Origin: Eledone cirrhosa
Lineage: Eukaryota
Direction: 5' to 3'
Assembly (NCBI GenBank): GCA_964016885.1
Contig: OZ024743.1
Location: 229,400,001 to 229,464,000, forward strand
Length of the DNA: 64,000 bases
The notes under the pieces are model-generated. The model did not search any database. It saw only the letters and a list, made by a program, of their open reading frames with translations, and was not told the origin of the DNA. Position 1 is the first letter of the stretch. Each line of letters starts with the position of its first letter. A program made the translations under genes and the position numbers. Shown piece after piece: positions 1-12,068 of this stretch.

Positions 1-211
1 CCTCCACCTCCCCCCTCTCTCTCTCTCCCTCTCTCTCTCTCTCTCAATCTCTATCGCTATATATATAATTGTGTCTCTTAACAGTTTTCAACTAGTGTGA
101 GGAAATAAATGATAAATGTAAAATGAAGTTATGATTGCATCTACATGCATTGTGTCTTTTTGAATGGCAAAGATTCCCAATACAATTGCTCTGGTTAAAA
201 AAAAAAAATAT

Positions 212-679
212 ATGTGTGTGTGTGTGTGCGTATGTGTGCGCGCGTGTCTGTGCGCGTGCGCGTGTGTGTGTATGAGTGTGTTAAGTATTTCCGTAGAAAA
301 GGTAAGGGAAAGAAGAGTGCTCTATGTATAGTACAGAGCTCTTTAATTATGTAATAAACAAGATAATATAAATATTCCATTACCCAAGGTCTCGCGAACT
401 TAGTCGATACCAACAGAAACGTCTGATTTCGTTCATCTGATGTATTATTTCATCTGATGAACGAAATCAGACGTTTCTGTTGGTATCGACTAACTTCGCG
501 AGACCTTGGGTAATGGAATATTTATATTATCTTGTTTATTACATAATTAAAGAGCTCTGTACTATACATAGAGCACTCTTCTTTCCCTTACCTTTTCTAC
601 GGAAATACTTAACACACTCATACACACACACGCGCACGCGCACAGACACGCGCGCACACATACGCACACACACACACAT
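212..679. repeat. Near-perfect fold-back palindrome (arms about 212-437 and 456-679), PLE terminal-repeat-like
   Basis: The arms are reverse complements, and the ORF track shows almost the same peptide on both strands (195..413- and 480..689+). 18-nt spacer. A third, shortened copy follows at 680-765. Confidence 0.95.
446..520 (+). ncRNA. Type I hammerhead ribozyme-like motif, GAAA mutated to GAGA
   Basis: Stem I tatttcat(446-453)/atggaata(513-520); CTGATGA 454-460; long stem II insert; GAGA 500-503; stem III acc-ttg-ggt; cleavage triplet GTA. Confidence 0.6.
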
Positions 680-691
680 CATCAGATGAAA

Positions 692-744
692 TATTACATC
701 TGATGAACGAAATCAGACTTCGCGAAACCTTGGGTAATGGAATA
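692..744 (+). ncRNA. Type I hammerhead ribozyme with intact core
   Basis: Stem I tattacat/atggaata (7 of 8 pairs); CTGATGA 700-706; stem II cgaa-atcagac-ttcg; GAAA 724-727; stem III acc-ttg-ggt; GTA cleavage site after 736. Confidence 0.7.
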
Positions 745-760
745 ATTATATTATGTTGTT

Positions 761-821
<61 letters not shown>

Positions 822-828
822 AATATAT

Positions 829-947
829 ATAGGAACGAGTAGGACCCCGACGGCTGAGCTCAAGCCGTTTCGACGGCTAATTCTGTAGTCCAGAATTAGC
901 CGTCGAAACGGCTTGAGCTCAACCGTCGGGGTCCTACTCGTTCCTAT
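829..947. repeat. Hairpin of about 57 bp containing the 3' half of a hammerhead
   Basis: Arms 829-885 and 891-947, loop tagtc. The right arm has GAAA 905-908, stem III acgg...ccgt with a palindromic ttgagctcaa loop, and GTC 925-927. There is no CTGANGA because the 5' side is replaced by the inverted copy. Confidence 0.85.
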
Positions 948-1023
948 TACCCACTCTACTACCCTAAGTATTGAGTAATTTGGTGCGTTATGGTCCACCT
1001 GGTTCCTTACCACATTTCCTTCG

Positions 1024-1081
<58 letters not shown>

Positions 1082-1145
1082 GGAAAAAATGAAACGAAAT
1101 TTCATTTCTCACTCTTAGTACGGCTGTTACTCAAATATAAGTATA

Positions 1146-1337
1146 ATTTCTCTCACTCCCGATACACACAGACGGCTGAATATAAATAAACGCTTCTGCA
1201 TACATATATAGAGCGATATATAAACATATAAGTATGTACATTAAATATACATTATATATACAAATCTCTCGTATATATAATATGGTTTCGTTTCATGCGA
1301 CAAATGGATCTATACACGAATACAAGCGCATGGGTAT
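1146..1337 (-). repeat. Inverted repeat, partner of 4773-4963
   Basis: About 190 bp reverse-complement match with few mismatches (tctctcactcccgatacacacagacggctgaa ... tacaagcgcatgggta); the pair brackets the PLE fragment. Confidence 0.9.
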
Positions 1338-1340
1338 GAG

Positions 1341-1457
<117 letters not shown>

Positions 1458-1475
1458 TATATATATGTATATATA

Positions 1476-1584
<109 letters not shown>

Positions 1585-1682
1585 GTGATGAAATATCAAT
1601 GATGGTTGGAAAATCACTGACGAAGGACTATTTTTATCATATGTAACCCATGTGCAACCACGCAGTATTCTTCTTTCTTCTC

Positions 1683-1781
<99 letters not shown>

Positions 1782-1984
1782 TTAATTATACTATTTATGG
1801 TTATGTAAATACAAAAACCTTTTGCAGTTATATATATTTTTATATAAACCCTAAATAGTGGTAGGCAGTAATATATTACTACCTTATTAGCAGTAAGTTA
1901 AGTAGCTCAATGTAAAAACATCAGATGATTTACAGAGCAGTTATATGAAGTATAAGAATCAAAGAACTGTTCAAAACATTTTTA

Positions 1985-2031
1985 TGCTTACAACTGTTTC
2001 CTCCAAACCGAGGTTTGGATTCTTCGGAGCA
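1985..2031 (-). ncRNA. PLE-associated type I hammerhead-like motif (core CCGAAGA)
   Basis: Minus strand reads tgct-CCGAAGA-a-tccaaac-ctcg-gtttgga-g-GAAA-cagtt-GTA-agca: 4-bp stem I, 7-bp stem II, minimal stem III. Confidence 0.6.
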
Positions 2032-3467
2032 ATTTATTAATGCATGAACACTTATATGACCTCCTTTTCACCCAAGAGACATACAGATACATATGCAAAT
2101 ATTCTGGGTCAACATTCATTACAGCATTTAGAGTGGCAGTACACACTTAGAGAATTCATATTAAAAGATACAATCAAAAATACAGGTTAAAATACAACAT
2201 GAAAATAAGCGGTTATATAGTGCAAAGGTTATATGTGTGGCAAGTACGTGCGTCTTGTTTATATATTGTGGCAGAGAGTTACGTGTAGTAGAAGCACTTA
2301 AGTAGGTAAACAAGAGTGTTAGGTTAGTTGATCTGGTGACAAATTCTTTATATGATTGCTATAGTCTGTGTGTGGAGAAATAATATAAGCATTAAAAATA
2401 GTGCAAGCATTAAAAATATCAAAAATATTGGAAATGCGTAGCGAAGGGATATGGACTTCATGCACTTTGACATTTTCATAGTCTGGGGAGTGTATTTTTC
2501 AGATTATATGCCCCTCACATAATTCACGACGATTCGATATTGAGCGTTTGACAATCCAGTTAGAGAATCGTAGTCTGATGTTCTTTAGTTCAATACAGGA
2601 GGATGTTACGTTTCGAGAATCGACATCGAAATACTACCCGGAAGTGTGTGTGTGGCTAAGGGGAGTTAATGCATGAGGGGAGGTAACTCCGAGGTTTACA
2701 TTACTAACTATTGAAATGTGTCTCAATATAGACCCTAACTTCTATGGTTATGCGCAATTTCCAAAAAATTTCTAAAATTTAAAGTGTTTTAACTATAGAG
2801 TGGTCTATTAAGTTGTGCTGAAGGTGTTCGTATTATTATGGTGATTAACCCCCATCGTAGAGTGCCACAAATGAATATTATAGACGACGAGCGAGGATTC
2901 TAAATTAATGATCTCTGTGGTTGTAGTCTACTCATAGGACCAGGCGCGGTGATTGCAGAATCACTTCAACACACAATGATCTCTGGTAAGTTCTGGGTCA
3001 TCGCTTGCTACATTGGATGTCGAAAGATAATCATCACCAGGGCCGACCAGAGGTCAATCCGCAGTCCTCATGACCCCAATCTGACCATCAAATCATCCAT
3101 ATATGTACAACCCATACGCCACTTGCAATACGTTCATTCCCTGCACTCAGCGTACCGGTCACACTGCTCATCAGCGTTACCAGATTAATTCGTTTTTCAT
3201 CTGTCCAACGATGGCACTTCCTCCGCACAACACTAACAAGACAATCAATTCATTCTCAAATTACCCATAGAGCGGTGTAGTGCTGTTCAAGTGGGTGGAT
3301 GTTGTCACACCTAAAGTAGAGGTACAAATGGGTATTTGCCCTGCGAAGGGTTCTAGAGGGATGTCGCTGTTTGTGTTATATTAGATCAGTTAGTGTTGGG
3401 TATGTGGTATAAGGTTTGCCCCTGGTGTTTGATGCTAGAGGTGGTGTTTGGTTCAAGTCCGACATTG

Positions 3468-4616
3468 CTATATATTGGGCTTAAAGTTTTGGAAGGAATG
3501 TCTGAAGCGGTGCTGGCAAGTTGCAAACACTTCAGATTTTTTGTTAAGTAGGTTACGGTTAGAGAAGATAATATTGTGGGTCTCTAGTATACAGAGGTTA
3601 CAAAATTTATTAGGTGGTTTGTACGAAGTCGCGCTACCTATCACTTCCCATTTGAGTGTGTAAGGTTTATTTTTAGTTTTTAGATAGTGTATGTAGCTAG
3701 ATAGTGAGGTGGAGTTGGCTAGACTGTGCTTTTTGAACGAGTGGATGTGCGAATTATATCTGATTTTGAAGCAGTTAGAAGTGGAGCCTACATAGGTTTC
3801 TGAAGAGTTGCTAGTTGTGACGGTGCATGAGTATATAATATCCTTGGTTAGGCATTTTTTATCTAAAGGGCAGGTTCTATTAGCTCTACAGCTACAATTA
3901 TCCTGTGTGTTAGTCTGCTGGTTATAATGCAGTGCAGAGGTCTGGGTGGTAGCTATAGGATTTTGGACATTCGGGTTGTCGACCCCGGTGTTATTTCTTA
4001 TACTAGTGTTATTTCTATTGTTACTGCCGTTACTATGGTCGCTTGCTACAGAGGTATTTAGAAGGTTTACCTCCTGTTGTGATTTCGTTTGTTGGAAGTT
4101 AGAATTAATTTTACTTTTATTGCTGCTAGCTATGTGGTATGCTAAGTTAGGCGTCGTAGAGTATGAGATTTTAATAGTGTTTTTGTTTAAAAGGTTGTGG
4201 TACTTGTGTCCTAGAGGGAAGTTTTTATCTAGTAGTGAGAAGAAAGCCCTAGGTATGTTGGTGGAGACATTTAGGTTGAAAGGAGGGTTGAAAAATGTAT
4301 TATTTCTTCTTCTATTTTTGTTTTTAGTGTCTGGTGTGTTGTTTCTTCCTAAGGCACTACGGTAGTTTCCGTAGTAATGGTTACTTCCGGTGGCACCCTC
4401 CGCTTTGGTGTACTTGTGGTTGCTATTCCTATTATTAGGTTTCCTCATGGACATGTTGTGCGAGATGATGTTGTAGCTATGCGTTTTCTTAGGTAGGAAC
4501 TCAATTTCTATATTATGGCCGGATCTAGCTAATGCTTGATTATAATATTCCTCACTTTCTGTTGCTTCACCATTTTGTTTGTTTACCCTCGCGTCCCCTT
4601 TATTTACGTGTCCCAA
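3468..4616 (-). CDS. PLE C-terminal fragment: RT thumb/linker plus GIY-YIG endonuclease (RT core absent)
   Basis: YYNQALARSG; RRRNNTFFNPPF..VSTNI..FFSLLDKNFP; IKISYS; CSC..CPL..KCL.KDIIY...TYVGST..FKIRYNSH; CNLCILE; LNKKSE...CQH are all typical PLE motifs. Confidence 0.9.
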   Translation of the reverse strand: MGHVNKGDARVNKQNGEATESEEYYNQALARSGHNIEIEFLPKKTHSYNIISHNMSMRKPNNRNSNHKYTKAEGATGSNHYYGNYRSALGRNNTPDTKNKNRRRNNTFFNPPFNLNVSTNIPRAFFSLLDKNFPLGHKYHNLLNKNTIKISYSTTPNLAYHIASSNKSKINSNFQQTKSQQEVNLLNTSVASDHSNGSNNRNNTSIRNNTGVDNPNVQNPIATTQTSALHYNQQTNTQDNCSCRANRTCPLDKKCLTKDIIYSCTVTTSNSSETYVGSTSNCFKIRYNSHIHSFKKHSLANSTSLSSYIHYLKTKNKPYTLKWEVIGSATSYKPPNKFCNLCILETHNIIFSNRNLLNKKSEVFATCQHRFRHSFQNFKPNI

Positions 4617-4721
4617 CGACTTTTTTTAGCCGTTGCTCGCACCAACCGGAGGTATATGGTCTTTAAAGCGATGAAATGCCTATGATGGTTGGAAGATCAA
4701 ACTGAAGGACAAACTTTTTTC

Positions 4722-4762
<41 letters not shown>

Positions 4763-4772
4763 CATATATATA

Positions 4773-4963
4773 TACCCATGCGCTTGTATTCGTGTATAGA
4801 TCCATTTGTCTCATGAATCGAAACCATATTATATATACGAGAGATTCGTATATATAATGTATATTTAATGTACATACTTATATGTTTATATATCGCTCTA
4901 TGTATGTATGCAGAAGCGTTTATTTATATTCAGCCGTCTGTGTGTATCGGGAGTGAGAGAAAT
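4773..4963 (+). repeat. Inverted repeat, partner of 1146-1337
   Basis: Reverse complement of 1146-1337. Confidence 0.9.
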
Positions 4964-5075
4964 CAAACTTTTTACAACGCGAAATAATCTATAGAGTAGA
5001 ATGATTTTGTTTATCACCCTGTAGACGCACACACGCATAGGCACACATATATATCTCTCTATATATCTCTGAGCA

Positions 5076-5223
<148 letters not shown>

Positions 5224-5360
5224 CATGCGGCGTGCGCGTACGTGTATGTGTCTATACGCACAGAACGATGAATATATATATATATAGTCAAACAACGTTG
5301 ATGCTTCAAAAACTTCCTTTCGTGTAATGGTTCTAAAAATAGATTGTATGTATACATATA

Positions 5361-7587
5361 TCTTTATATATATAAAAGCGAGGATGTGTGTGTGTCTGTG
5401 TACAACTTTGCATGCATAAGGCTTTCACAATTACCAACTGAACTTGACCAAATTTTCTGTGCACGCTGCACAGGTCGCTAAGATTATCACATCACAAACA
5501 TTTTTCAAATCGACCCACGTTGAGCAATAACTAATCGATATCAATATTATCGGTAGAAAAATTGATGTAAGGGAGATAAAAAACTTTATTGACAATCCTT
5601 ATAAAAAAGAGAGATAACCTTTTCACCAAACATGTAAAAGAAAGTATGCACATATTGGTTATCAGTCGAAGAAAAAAATGCGTGTAAATGACGCTCCGCC
5701 GATAACCGAAAATAGACAATCACTAAATGCGGTGAGTACAGTTATTGCAACTTCTTTGTCCGCCGCTGTGCATCGGTTAGTGCGGCGAACCAATAATGCT
5801 AAAGCAACTGCTGCAGCACGAGCTGCAGAGACTACAAAGCAACGTGAAACACGTCTTGCTATGGATGCTACAGATTCTGCTGCAGCAAGATCTGCAGAGA
5901 CAGTAAAAAAATATGAAAGGCAGCAACTTTGCTCCCTGGTGGAAGGACGGCACATTCAGTTTTTAAATTGCCCCTTGATTTGGCAAAATTGGAAACGCCT
6001 ACTTGTCATATCACCAAAGACTCCGAAAGGGCTCATCTGCTGCGAAGGTGTCACCTTATTGCTTGGGATGACTGCACAATGGCGCACAAAGGTGCTCTTG
6101 AGGCACTAGACAGGTCTTTGCAAGACATACGGGATTGCAGTGATGTTATAGGAGGTGTCACCCTTGTGCTATCAGGAGACTTCAGACAGACTCTTCCTAT
6201 AATACCGAAAGGAACAAGAGCAGATGCGGTAAATGCATGTCTTAAGTCTTCAACATTGTGGCGACAAGTGACATCATTAAGACTAACTACCAACATGCGT
6301 ACAAGGTTGCATGGTGACCCTCTGTCATCAATATTTTCTGGAGACATTCTTACAATAGGAGATGGTAACCTACCTCCGGATACAGATGGACACATAGCAA
6401 TTGATCACATCTGCAATGTAGTTGAAACTGTCGATGATCTCAAGGCGAGTGTATTCCCGAACTTGCGTGATAACTATACGAATCTTGATTGGCTATGCGA
6501 AAGAACCATTCTTGCACCCAAAAATATCACGGTTAGCTGTATTAACGATCAGCTTCTTCAGCTTCTTCCTGGATGTCCACGGATATATAAATCTATTGAT
6601 ATTGTATGTGATCCACATGTGGTCAATTATCCAGTTGAATTTCTAAATTCTTTAAATCCTCCTTGTTTACCTCCTAATACATTGGTTCTGAAAGAGGGAA
6701 CGCCAGTTATTTTGCTGAGAAATATCCCTCCTCCAAAACTATCTAATGGTACACGCCTTGTGGTTAAACAACTGCCTCCACTTAGTATTGACGCTACCAT
6801 TCTATCCGGATGTGGAAAAGGCGAGGATGTGATAATAAGAAAAATTAGCCTGACTACATCAGGCGTGGATACTCCCTTCTCTTTTCGCCGAACCCAATTT
6901 CCCCTTCGTGTTGCCTTTGCGATGTCCATATACAAGTCGCAAGGTCAAACTCTGTCCGTCGCTGGAATTCACTTGGATGAACCTTGCTTTTCGCACGGAC
7001 AATTCTACGTTGCCTACTCACGAGTTGGCAGTCGAGATAATCTCTTAGCGTTTGTTCCGAAAAGAAAAACAAAGAATATCATCTATCCTGAAGTGCTTTA
7101 GTGTTAACAAAACAACTTATTACAGCTCTGTCTTGACTTCACCTTACTCATTACAAAACATATCAATGAATATGTCATGCAGGATATTTTGGATCATAAG
7201 TTAAACATTTAACCATACACAGCAAAGGATGCTCTCAAAGAAGAGATTTTCTCTTATTCTACTCTCATTGTTTTTTTTTTGTTTGTATACAACTCTGCTT
7301 TCATTACAACATTTTGTACTTTAGCAAAACTGCCTGTATTTTTTTACAGATTTGCAACGTGTATTGTCTTTAATCATTTGTATAACTACATCCTGTTCAG
7401 TGTTTTCCTTCATTATCAGCATAGTTTTATGTGTACAAAGATTGCACTAAATATTCGTTTGCATTAATTATTGAAGACTTCTGCTTATTTTGACAGGTTG
7501 GGGACAAATAATGTTCTTCTTTTACTTCCTAGCTGTATATTCTTAGCATAATTTCAAACCCCGAGCAACGCCGGGTAAATCTGGTAG
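5361..7587 (+). mobile_element. Internally deleted Helitron
   Basis: 5' a|TCTTTATATATATAAAAG; 3' hairpin cccgagcaacgccggg followed by ...ctgGTAG|t (CTAG variant); inserted between A and T; carries an N-terminal RAAET..QRE.RL repeat and a PIF1 helicase C-terminal half. Confidence 0.9.
5929..7101 (+). CDS. Helitron PIF1-type SF1 helicase fragment (motifs Ia-VI, no Walker A)
   Basis: LLPGGRTAHS.FKLP, IAWDDCTM, GDFRQTLP, LTTNMR, ILAPKN, LLRN..PPKLSNGTRL, RTQFPLRVAFAMSIYKSQGQT, FSHGQFYVAYSRV. Confidence 0.93.
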   Translation: MLPGGRTAHSVFKLPLDLAKLETPTCHITKDSERAHLLRRCHLIAWDDCTMAHKGALEALDRSLQDIRDCSDVIGGVTLVLSGDFRQTLPIIPKGTRADAVNACLKSSTLWRQVTSLRLTTNMRTRLHGDPLSSIFSGDILTIGDGNLPPDTDGHIAIDHICNVVETVDDLKASVFPNLRDNYTNLDWLCERTILAPKNITVSCINDQLLQLLPGCPRIYKSIDIVCDPHVVNYPVEFLNSLNPPCLPPNTLVLKEGTPVILLRNIPPPKLSNGTRLVVKQLPPLSIDATILSGCGKGEDVIIRKISLTTSGVDTPFSFRRTQFPLRVAFAMSIYKSQGQTLSVAGIHLDEPCFSHGQFYVAYSRVGSRDNLLAFVPKRKTKNIIYPEVL

Positions 7588-7887
7588 TATATATATATAT
7601 ATACATACACACACACACATATATATATACAAATATATAAATATATAAATATATATATATATACACACATATATATATATGTACACATATATGTATTTCC
7701 TCCGAAAAACCAGTATGACTCTAAAAACCGGTTTGTCTGTGTGTTTACATACAGAATAGCTGGGCCGCTCACTGTAAAGCGACCAGTGAAAGACTTGGTA
7801 CACCTACATATGTATACGTGTGTGTATTCATATACACACTAGTATTTCAGTATGCATATGTAGATGTACATTTTTAACTTAATTGTT

Positions 7888-7918
<31 letters not shown>

Positions 7919-7925
7919 GTATACA

Positions 7926-8061
<136 letters not shown>

Positions 8062-8580
8062 TATATACACACGCGTTTATGTGAACGTATATATGCATAT
8101 GCATATAAACAAATACTCATACATTCACGCATACACACACCTTAAACAATAAACTACATTTTCGATAGTGAAACCTAACTGGTATTATCTCACGCTTCTC
8201 TTGATAACACACTCAAATCAGTTATTTCTTCACATCAACCACATTTCTTCCTCCATTTTTACATCGACTATATATCGTTTCTCTAACAAAATAACGAAAT
8301 CCTAGAAAATTCTATAGCATCACCTCACAACCATCCCCCTCCTTTCTTTCTCACACTGAAAAATAATAATAAATAATATAAATAGATAAAACCTTTTTTT
8401 CTTCTTTTACCCAATTCGACAAAAACCAAACCCCCCCCCCCAAAAAAAAAAATCCATGCAGCTGATGCTTAGATAAGTTTATTTCTCTATTTTTTTAATG
8501 ATTTTTTTGGTGTATATATATATATATATTTATTGAGTACCTTACTTACTGTGGTTACCTCCGATTCAACCCGGAATAAC

Positions 8581-8620
<40 letters not shown>

Positions 8621-8962
8621 TTACACACACATACACAAATATATATATATATATATAAATATATATAAATATATCGCATATATATATATATATATATACT
8701 TACACACATACACACTCCCACACATGCGCGCGCGCGCACGCACACACATACACACACACACACACAAACGTGTGTGAATGATTGTCTTGCAGTTGCACAT
8801 ATCTATATGCATATGTTTATTTGCTATTTTTGGTGTGTAATGTTTCGCTTTTAGAATTAGTGTTTTGGAAAAATTGGAGCCAGAAACTCTGTTAATTCAT
8901 AATCAGTGCAGAAGAATTCAATAATGAAAATATAAATATATATTCATAATAGTACATGCGTC

Positions 8963-8998
<36 letters not shown>

Positions 8999-9083
8999 CA
9001 TGTATGTATGTATATATGTATCTATGCATATATGTATGTACGTACGTATGCGTATATATTTATATGTTTGTATGTTTGTGTCA

Positions 9084-9690
9084 GGTCACCAGTTGGTGCT
9101 ATTGGTAACATGTATCCCAGTACAACCTGTCTCATGGTCGGGTCGTTGGCGACTAAACTGGCAACCCCACCAAGGTTTCTTGGTGAGGAGGGTGGCTTTG
9201 GACATCCTGCAGGACTAAAAACAAAACCTGTCAAAGGGCAAAGGGGCTCTTAAGAGTCAATAGCCATCCAAAATCACCGGGAGAGATGACCCCTTAGCCT
9301 TTGTCAAGGCAGAATTCTAGGAGAAGGAAAACTCTGATATAACACCTGCAACCCTGATGGTATCCAATGATGTTGAATTGTTCTTCTTTTTGGTAAATAT
9401 CATCTTGGTTAAGAGAGTGGGACTGGCTTTGTGCAGTGCCTTTGCTCACTATAAAAGCTTCACAGCACAGGCATTGCTTTATATCTGGAGATCTCTCTGC
9501 ACTTGTCGTCACATGGTACCATGGGCCCAGCACTATGTGTCAATAATTGTCACAAGTGTAGTGTTTGTACCAGAGTTTTCAAGTCGCTGGCTGGACTAAA
9601 AAGTCACACTCGTTCAGCGCATTGGTAGGGGTTCTCCTACATGGATATAAAGTAGTGGCCGTACTCGAAAACGAGTTGGCAGCCACCATA
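9084..9690 (+). mobile_element. Bipartite non-autonomous RTE derivative (5' UTR joined to 3' end), with (TATG)n tail
   Basis: RTE-type 5' motif ctaggagaaggaaaactctgatataacacctg; 9557-9628 encodes CSVCTRVFKSLAGLKSHTRSAHW* (C-terminal C2H2 finger of RTE ORFs); terminal hairpin actcg-aaaa-cgagt, then (TATG)n. Confidence 0.7.
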
Positions 9691-10300
9691 TATGTATGTA
9701 TGTACGTATGCGTGTATGTTTATGTTTGTATGTATGCATGTATGTTTGTATGTATATATGTAGGCATGCATTCTTGTATGTATACATGCATGTACGTATG
9801 CATGCATTTCATGTATGTATGTATGTGTGTGTATGTGTGTATGCATGCATGCATGAACGTATGCATTCAAGTATTATGTATGTAAGTATTCATCTAACCA
9901 CGTATATGTACAAGCAGGGATAACTTTACATGTGCAGATGTGTAAGGTTTATTTAAGTATGTACACATAAAAATGTTTGTAGTGTTTTTGTATGAATGAC
10001 GACTGAGCACATGCTAAACGGCTGGAATGGTTTTCTCATATTTCCACAGATCCATTAATATTTTATAACTGTAAATATTTAAATAGACTTCAACTATTTA
10101 GCTTTGCGAAGCTCAACTTCTGGTGATTGGTTCTGAGGCAATTAGTTATATATCCATGTGTCTCAATAATTACAGGTATACATATAAAACTAGCGGTAAA
10201 TAAATATATACATATACACCAGGTCCGAACACAAAGGAACCAAACTCCCACTGTCACTTCCTCCGTCTGTCCCGCTCTCCCAACTCTCACTATCATGAGC

Positions 10301-10480
10301 TATCGGTAGAGGGTCGGACACCATGCTTTCCAGCATAGTTACGTCCCTTTACGGTCTGAGTTAGTTCAAATCCTGTCGAGGTTAACTTTGCATTTCATCC
10401 TTACGGGGTCGATAAAATAAAGTACCAGTAATGTACTGGTTAGTTGCTAACCTTGTGCCAAAAGTAGAAACAACTATTAT
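10301..10480 (+). mobile_element. tRNA-derived SINE, family A (Meta-like central domain)
   Basis: B-box gttcaaatcc; central ctttgc.tttcatccttacggggtcgataaaataaagtaccag; tail ccttgtgccaaaagtagaaac; near-identical copies elsewhere in the window. Confidence 0.85.
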
Positions 10481-11146
10481 GAGCAAATGGGGACACCCGC
10501 GCTGACCACTCTACAGCCCCGGTGTACAGAATAGAAGTCTGTTTGGAGTAACTGTTGATTTCTCATTGGTATCATAATCTAAAAGACGCGAGGAGTGAAG
10601 GCATCGACTGAAATTTACAGCTCACATCCTGCGAGGCTGCATGGGGAGGTTTAAGGATAGTGGACGCGGGTCAGTCATGAAAGGATCAATTTATGATCAT
10701 GAGTCTAACACTCTAATCGAGAACAACAACGACGACGACGAAGGCAGAGGTGATGGCGGCAGGAGGAACAGCAACAACAACAACAGCATCAACATATATA
10801 CCACAACAACGACAACACGAGACGATGACGAGGACGATGACAACAACTACAGAATAAATTAAGAGGTTTTTGTCGATTTATATTCATGGATTGTTGAACA
10901 AGAAAGAGCGGCAGATTGTGGTTTAAACAAACATTAAATTAATAGACAAAGGATTGAAGTAACAGCAAGATGACCCTCGCTAAAATATGGCCAGAATGTA
11001 TTCAGCAGATGGCTAGAATGGACAGTTACAAAGGATAAAAATAATAGCAAATATGGCCAGTGTATTTTGATAGGTTGTACTTTATAAAAGGAAAGAATAA
11101 GAAAATACAAAACAAAGACAAAATAGCAGCAGCAGTAGTGGTTTGT

Positions 11147-11180
<34 letters not shown>

Positions 11181-12068
11181 CTGCAGTTGTTGTTGTTGTT
11201 GTTGTTGTTGTTATAGCAGCATCAGCATCAGCAGCAGTAGGGCGTCGTTAAGAAAAGTAGCAAAATGAAAAGAAACATGATTTAATAGAAGAGGAAGTGA
11301 TGTATCCCAAAGAATGTACTGCTTCAGAGCTATAGAGTTGTGTTTGAAGGCATATACGATATGTTTATGTTTAATAAACATATATAAGTCTCGTTTTGGA
11401 CGTTTTAAACATATGTGATCGTTATACTTGTATAGTTTATTTGTATTTTAGTACTCAGTGCGTAAACGTCACTGTTGATGAATTTAAAAAGAAAACTTAA
11501 ACAGCAGTGACTGGCGTTCTCGTACATCTACTGGGATAGCTGGGATATGGTCACAACAATAATAGCGATATAAAAATGCTGAAACCGGTAATAGACAATT
11601 ATTAAATATATAAATAAATAAATAAATGCCATTGTTAATTAATAAATAATTCAACTAATACCTTAAAACTTCACACAAAGTAAAATAGTTCGTTTTAACC
11701 CAGAAAAAAGAGAGAGAGAAATAAAAAGGGAAAAAATATATAATTCTTCCTAATAATCGTCTTTTTCTCCCTGCTTTCATATATATATAGTTACATATAT
11801 ATATATGTGTGTGTGTGTGTGTATGTGTGTGTATGCGTGTGTGTGTGTATGTGTGTGTGTGTGTTTGCTATGCCCAAACGCATCGTATATGCTTTCAAAT
11901 CAAGCACGTAATATGAGTAAATGAAATTCACCAGAACACCAGCAGATGTTTTATACGCAAAATATATATCATTATATGCAAATTAAAATCACTAGCAGAT
12001 GTTTTAAATGCAAAAGGTATATCAGCTATATTTTATTCTTTTTTCAGTATCGAGCAAGTAAACATCAC

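Larger units (their letters stand above)
1780..4616 (-). mobile_element. 5'-truncated Penelope-like retroelement (Neptune-like): end of ORF, 1.7-kb 3' region and terminal hammerhead
   Basis: GIY-YIG ORF at 3468-4616, hammerhead-like motif at 1985-2031 on the same strand, 3' end abutting (TA)n. Confidence 0.8.

Noticed and set aside
3140-3180. CTGATGA on the minus strand within the PLE 3' region
   Set aside because: No correctly placed GAAA, stem III or NUH.
3946-4365. Hydrophobic 139-aa plus-strand ORF
   Set aside because: Antisense shadow of the Asn/Lys-rich PLE linker.
5929-7101. Host PIF1 gene
   Set aside because: It is intronless, lacks Walker A and is enclosed by Helitron termini.
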